Below are positions 58,397 to 64,000 of a stretch of 64,000 bases of DNA, one piece after another. The stretch comes from Candidatus Latescibacterota bacterium. Lineage in GTDB: Bacteria > Latescibacterota > UBA2968 > UBA8231. Position 1 is the first letter of the stretch. The number at the start of each line of letters is the position of its first letter. Both the position numbers and the translations under genes were made by a program. The DNA lies in NCBI GenBank assembly GCA_963422735.1, contig OY730476.1, positions 384,001 to 448,000 on the forward strand, in the 5' to 3' direction. The notes under the pieces are model-generated. The model worked only from the letters and a program-made list of their open reading frames with translations. It was not told where the DNA came from and searched no databases.

Positions 58397-58724
58397 CGAT
58401 GACGACGAATCGTAACGCTATCATGCAGTACAAATCACCATAAGAAACGTTGGCCGTCCGTGCCGCCTGGCAACGCCAGTCCATGGATGCATGCATTCCT
58501 CCGCGACGAGTTGGAACGAATCGCGTCGCGTTCCTCACTCGACGAGTGGCTGCACCAAGTTCGCGAGCGCAAGGAAACGGCGGAATCCGCAGCCGTCCGT
58601 TCAGTATTCTACAAGCCAGGATGCCGATAGAACGCGACTATTGTTGTTGATTCGTCCGCGTTAAACCTACCTCGGGGCGCAGTAAGCATCGTCGTTTAAT
58701 TTTTCTATGTAAAAGGAGAAGATA

Positions 58725-59597
58725 ATGGGCAAGAAAAAACAGGCTGAAAGACCGCAGCTCAAACTCTGTGCCGCAGCATGGACGTTGACCAACTACCCGT
58801 CCGAAGCCAAGCAGTGGTCAATGGACCGCAAAGTCCGTGCAGCCAAGGACGCTGGATTTGTTGGCTTCAGTGCCGGGGCCGATCCCGAGATCTCCGAGGC
58901 TTGCGCCAAGCACGGACTACAGCTCGTCGGCGGGGTTGATATAGCCACAGTAGAAGAAGCCGATCTGAAACTAGCGGCTTTCAAAAAAGCTGGTGCCGAG
59001 CATGTCAACATCCAGCTCTGCGACCACGACACGGCGATCCCCAAGGCGGTGACGGTGGCGCGGGCGGTGATGCAGGCGGGCAAAAAGCTCAAGCTCAAAC
59101 CGGCGATCGAATGGCACCGCGACACGTGTACGGAGACGCCAGAGAAGGGACTGGCGCTGGCGGCGCAGTACGAGAAACGCTACAAGGAAAAGCTGCGCAC
59201 CAACTTCGACCATTCGCACCCGGCGATTATCAAACAGCTACGGCCTGCCAATTTCTGGGAGCGCATCGCCGAGTACCGCCCCGATCTGCTCAAAATGAGC
59301 GAGTTGATTCACTTCCGCACCTTCACCGGCAGCCATTGTCAGACGCCAGTAACCAATAGCCGCGGGGTTCTAGACGCGGATTTTATTACTTGGCGCGACC
59401 ATTTCCTCAAGCATCTGCTCTACCACTGGGTCAAAGGACAGCGCGGAGCCACCGAGCTATGGGCCGTCGTCGAGCTGGGGCCGAAGGGTTCGGGCTACGC
59501 GCTCGACTGCTTTCCCGACGTGTGGAAGGACGCGATCGCCGCGCGCGGTGAAATCGAGAAGGCGTTTAAGGGGGCGCTGAGGAAAGCGGAGAAGTAG
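58725..59597 (+). CDS. Xylose-isomerase-like TIM barrel protein
   Basis: SD AAGGAG; IEWHRD, FDHSH, IHFR, VELGP metal-ligand pattern. Confidence 0.65.
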   Translation: MGKKKQAERPQLKLCAAAWTLTNYPSEAKQWSMDRKVRAAKDAGFVGFSAGADPEISEACAKHGLQLVGGVDIATVEEADLKLAAFKKAGAEHVNIQLCDHDTAIPKAVTVARAVMQAGKKLKLKPAIEWHRDTCTETPEKGLALAAQYEKRYKEKLRTNFDHSHPAIIKQLRPANFWERIAEYRPDLLKMSELIHFRTFTGSHCQTPVTNSRGVLDADFITWRDHFLKHLLYHWVKGQRGATELWAVVELGPKGSGYALDCFPDVWKDAIAARGEIEKAFKGALRKAEK

Positions 59598-59677
59598 CTC
59601 TTTTGCCCTATCTTATGGAATTGCGCCGCTATTATGCCGCACTCTGCAAATGCATCCCCAATGCTCGCGTGACCGCA

Positions 59678-60100
59678 TCACCGTCGCAAACGTGGGATTA
59701 CCGTCCTCCGACAAAGCCTTGTAAAGCCCTTTGCGGCTCGACTCATGTTCCCCGCCCGGGCGATGTCGTTTAGGGCAGCGCAAATAAGACTCCCGTCGCC
59801 CGGATCTTCCTCGGCGCATGCTTCTAGGTAAAGGCGTGCGTCTTCTTGGGTGTGTAGGTGCTCCGTGACATCCCATTTCGCGAACGATTCGTTCATGTCT
59901 GCCTCCAGTCCTTCGCCAGCTGTCCGGCGCGTTCGATGTCGCGCTGCTGACTGCCCTTGTCTCCTCCGCAGAGTACAATGACCGCCGCTGCCTCGCGCAG
60001 GCAGTAGAGGCCGCGATGCACGCGAAGCTCAAACAGCCCACCGCCGAGCGGCTTGTTGTCCCCGGCATTGCCCAGCGAGACGTTTCGCAAACGCGCTTCG
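59678..60100 (-). pseudogene. Degraded type II toxin-antitoxin pair (RelE/ParE-like killer + HTH antidote, HI1419/HI1420-like)
   Basis: GNAGDNKPLGGGLFELRVH..VLCGGDKGSQQRDIERA and WDVTEHL..YLEAC..ALNDIARA; both show deletions or frameshift (GLYKALSEDGNPTFATV in another frame). Confidence 0.75.
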
Positions 60101-60232
60101 GTCGCGCAAGCCGCGAATCCAGTGCCGAAACGCAGTGCTTTCTATCCCCTCGATTTATCAAGCGCATCCTGAAATGGTATGGTGGGGCGGAAATCGTAAA
60201 CCGGGGTGTTCGCGGCATGACCGCCCCGCTGT

Positions 60233-61078
60233 TCAGACGATTCCCCACCTCACTCGTCCCAACTCGCGCGACCGCTCCCGCTCGTATGCTGAATCGATGT
60301 CGAATTCGCGATCTAGCCACAACACCTCTCGCTGCTCGGGACTCAGCGCATTGAGCAGTTCAGACGTCAGGTAGTCCCCCCACGTAAAGCGATGGTTGTC
60401 GATCGCGTGCGGATGGAACAGCCAGTGGCTCATATACCGGCAGACACTAGTGCGGTTGAGCCACGTTGAGTGAAACAGCTTTGCATGGCGTACGATTAGC
60501 TGGTGGGGTTCGACCTCCAGTGAAATCTCGTTGTCGAGTGCGACGTCTTCCCAGCCGTCATCGGCCTGTGAACCGACAGTTCCTCGTTCCTTCCTGAGTT
60601 GCGCGACCGTCTCCTCAAGGGAGCTAGGCGGCCCAGTGTGACTGCCTAAAACAATACGCAAACACCCGTTCTCGTGCGAAGCTCCGGAGAAATAGTGCAT
60701 GAACTCCGCCCACCCCGGGCCCCCGTCGATGTGCCACCCTACCGATCGGTTGGGGGCCTGCTCGTTGATGCCACCATTGCGCAGATAGATATCGCTGTCC
60801 GCGGTCAGTTGGCGGGCGAGCTCGATGATTTCGGGGTGCAGGATGATGTTCATGAACGGCAGAGAGTGATCGAGGGAACACCAGTACGAGTCTTCTAGTT
60901 GCGGTCGCAATCGAAAGTGATTTCTCTTGCTGCCGTCTGCCGGCCCCTCAGTTGGATCTTGGGCCGCCTTTTCGACCGCTGCTATGCACGCCTCGGTGAG
61001 TCTCTCGGGGAACGGACAGTCGATTATGACGTAGCCATAAGTGCGATACTGCTCTAATTGTTCCTCGCTGAATTTCAT
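60233..61078 (-). CDS. Phytanoyl-CoA dioxygenase (PhyH) family 2OG-Fe(II) oxygenase
   Basis: EQLEQYRTYGY, WHID, ENGCLRIVLGSH, LFHS..N. Confidence 0.8.
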   Translation of the reverse strand: MKFSEEQLEQYRTYGYVIIDCPFPERLTEACIAAVEKAAQDPTEGPADGSKRNHFRLRPQLEDSYWCSLDHSLPFMNIILHPEIIELARQLTADSDIYLRNGGINEQAPNRSVGWHIDGGPGWAEFMHYFSGASHENGCLRIVLGSHTGPPSSLEETVAQLRKERGTVGSQADDGWEDVALDNEISLEVEPHQLIVRHAKLFHSTWLNRTSVCRYMSHWLFHPHAIDNHRFTWGDYLTSELLNALSPEQREVLWLDREFDIDSAYERERSRELGRVRWGIV

Positions 61079-61117
61079 TCTCTTTTCCTTTTGCGGTATG
61101 CCGTCCATGTCCTTGCT

Positions 61118-61335
61118 TCACAGCGTATAGGAGTGCCCGTATGCACCCCAAAGCATAGGATGGCACGTGGTGCCTTCTCTTAGATAGGGCACGTGGCCTT
61201 CCACGATCGGAGCGTCAACACCGACTTCGTGGAATGCTTTCATGGCCTCCGTCATGTCGAGGTGGCCTTCGCCGATGAACGTTTCCGAAAACTTTGGCAC
61301 TGGGCCCGTTACGCTCCTGAAGTGGATGTGGAAGA
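61118..61335 (-). pseudogene. Mannonate dehydratase (UxuA)-like C-terminal fragment
   Basis: HIHFRSVTGPVPKFSETFIGEGHLDM..AMKA..EVG....HVP. Confidence 0.6.
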
Positions 61336-61381
61336 GACCACTACCTTGTTTGCGAGTTGCACGCGCCCTCTCCCGCGTCGC

Positions 61382-63007
<1,626 letters not shown>

Positions 63008-63367
63008 TGGGCTCCTTAGTTAGTTAGGGGTCAATAGTGCGGTGCTTGATCTGTCCCCAGCTTTTGGCTTTGACGGCTGTTGACAGCGGCGAGGGCAGGT
63101 CAAAGTAATTTAGCGGCGAGCGATAGAGCGCACCGTTGCGTTCGCCGATGGCGGAGATGGCCCAGTTGGTTAGTACTGAATCGAGGGGGGAGATAGCGAT
63201 AGTGCCCTTCTCAGCGTTTGATATCGCGTCGGCTTTTACCATCGCCCAAGGAACAAATTCGCTAGCCTGCTTTTGGATGCGGTTCAATGTAAGGAATATA
63301 TCACAAATTCCCGCTTCTAGCGCACTTGGACAAACAGGCGTTTCTCGATCGTCGAAAACGCGGTTCC

Positions 63368-64000
63368 TCAGACCGCGACTCCTTCGAGCCACTGCAAATC
63401 CGCCTCAATGCCAAAGCCGGGCGCGTCGCTGGGCACGAGGTAGCCGTCTTGGATGGCTGGCGTGCCGGGCAAGAGGGTCATTTCGCAGAGCGGCACCCCG
63501 GGCGGCGACACGCTTTCCGAGCGCTCGCCCCAGGCAATGGCGGGCATGGCGAAAGAAAGGTGCTGGCCGTAGGGATAGTTCATGCCGCCGTGGGCGATGA
63601 CCGAGACGCCGGCAGCCTCGGCAAGGTGGCAGATTTTGACCCCGGCCGTTATGCCCCCGACCCACAGTACGTCTGGTTGCAGGATATCGACGAAGCGACC
63701 GTTGAGTGCTTGGGCAAAGGTGCGCGGCAAGTACCAGTGTTCCCCCGAGGCGAGGGTCTGCCAAGGGAGCCGCTGGCGCACTTGGGCGTAGCCAGCCCAA
63801 TCGTCGGCGGGTAGGTAGTCTTCAATCCACTTCAGGCGGTAGGGACGGAGCATCTCGGCGAGGCGGACGAGGTGCTCCACGTCCTGCGACAGCCAGCAGT
63901 CGAGGCACAGCTCGATGTCGTCGCCGATGAGCTGGCGCGTGGTGGCCACGAGTTCCTCGATTTTCTTGAGGCCGTCGAGGCCGTCGGCCGCGCCCCACGG
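63368..64000 (-). CDS. Mandelate racemase/enolase superfamily dehydratase (3' part)
   Basis: LCLDCW, WIED, ASGEH, ILQPD.LWVGG, IAHG, PGFG; frame open to the window edge. Confidence 0.82.
   Translation of the reverse strand, partial: PWGAADGLDGLKKIEELVATTRQLIGDDIELCLDCWLSQDVEHLVRLAEMLRPYRLKWIEDYLPADDWAGYAQVRQRLPWQTLASGEHWYLPRTFAQALNGRFVDILQPDVLWVGGITAGVKICHLAEAAGVSVIAHGGMNYPYGQHLSFAMPAIAWGERSESVSPPGVPLCEMTLLPGTPAIQDGYLVPSDAPGFGIEADLQWLEGVAV

Noticed and set aside
59613-60320. 235-aa ORF spanning the toxin-antitoxin remnant
   Set aside because: Alternative frame across degraded genes; only its end carries the frameshifted antidote C-terminus
63024-63392. 122-aa ORF between the enolase-family gene and fumarase
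   Set aside because: No recognisable motif or convincing start; cannot support a call

Overview
GC-rich bacterial DNA in two parts. (1) Bases ~1-40,400 form one minus-strand locus built by tandem amplification and partial decay of a peptide-secretion and modification cassette. It encodes four short precursor-like peptides, two of them missed by the ORF track (6557-6736 and 24745-24921). They share a conserved Sec-type leader (...ASFLPQKAEA) and have hypervariable cores with 6 or 8 Cys. The locus also has six paralogues of an unrecognised secreted protein, four pairs of ABC-2-type permeases with hypervariable loops, one TolC/adaptor/ATPase export set, two GT-B glycosyltransferase + transglutaminase-like fusion enzymes, GT2 and GT4-like genes, TPR genes and DUF1573-like genes. 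Seven transcription units each carry a sigma-54 -24/-12 promoter (one degenerate) and tandem ~17-bp TGCG-N9-CGCA boxes. An NtrC-family regulator and sensor kinase flank the locus. I infer a candidate undescribed family of secreted, disulfide-rich, possibly glycosylated ribosomal peptides (RiPP-like). (2) Bases ~40,400-64,000 are mostly housekeeping or metabolic genes (rnhA, lpdA, PLP enzymes, PBP1A, CCA enzyme, XPB-like helicase + DUF790, sulfatase, fdhD, PhyH, class I fumarase, enolase family) plus several small gene remnants. All family calls come from motif recognition by eye; no searches were run.
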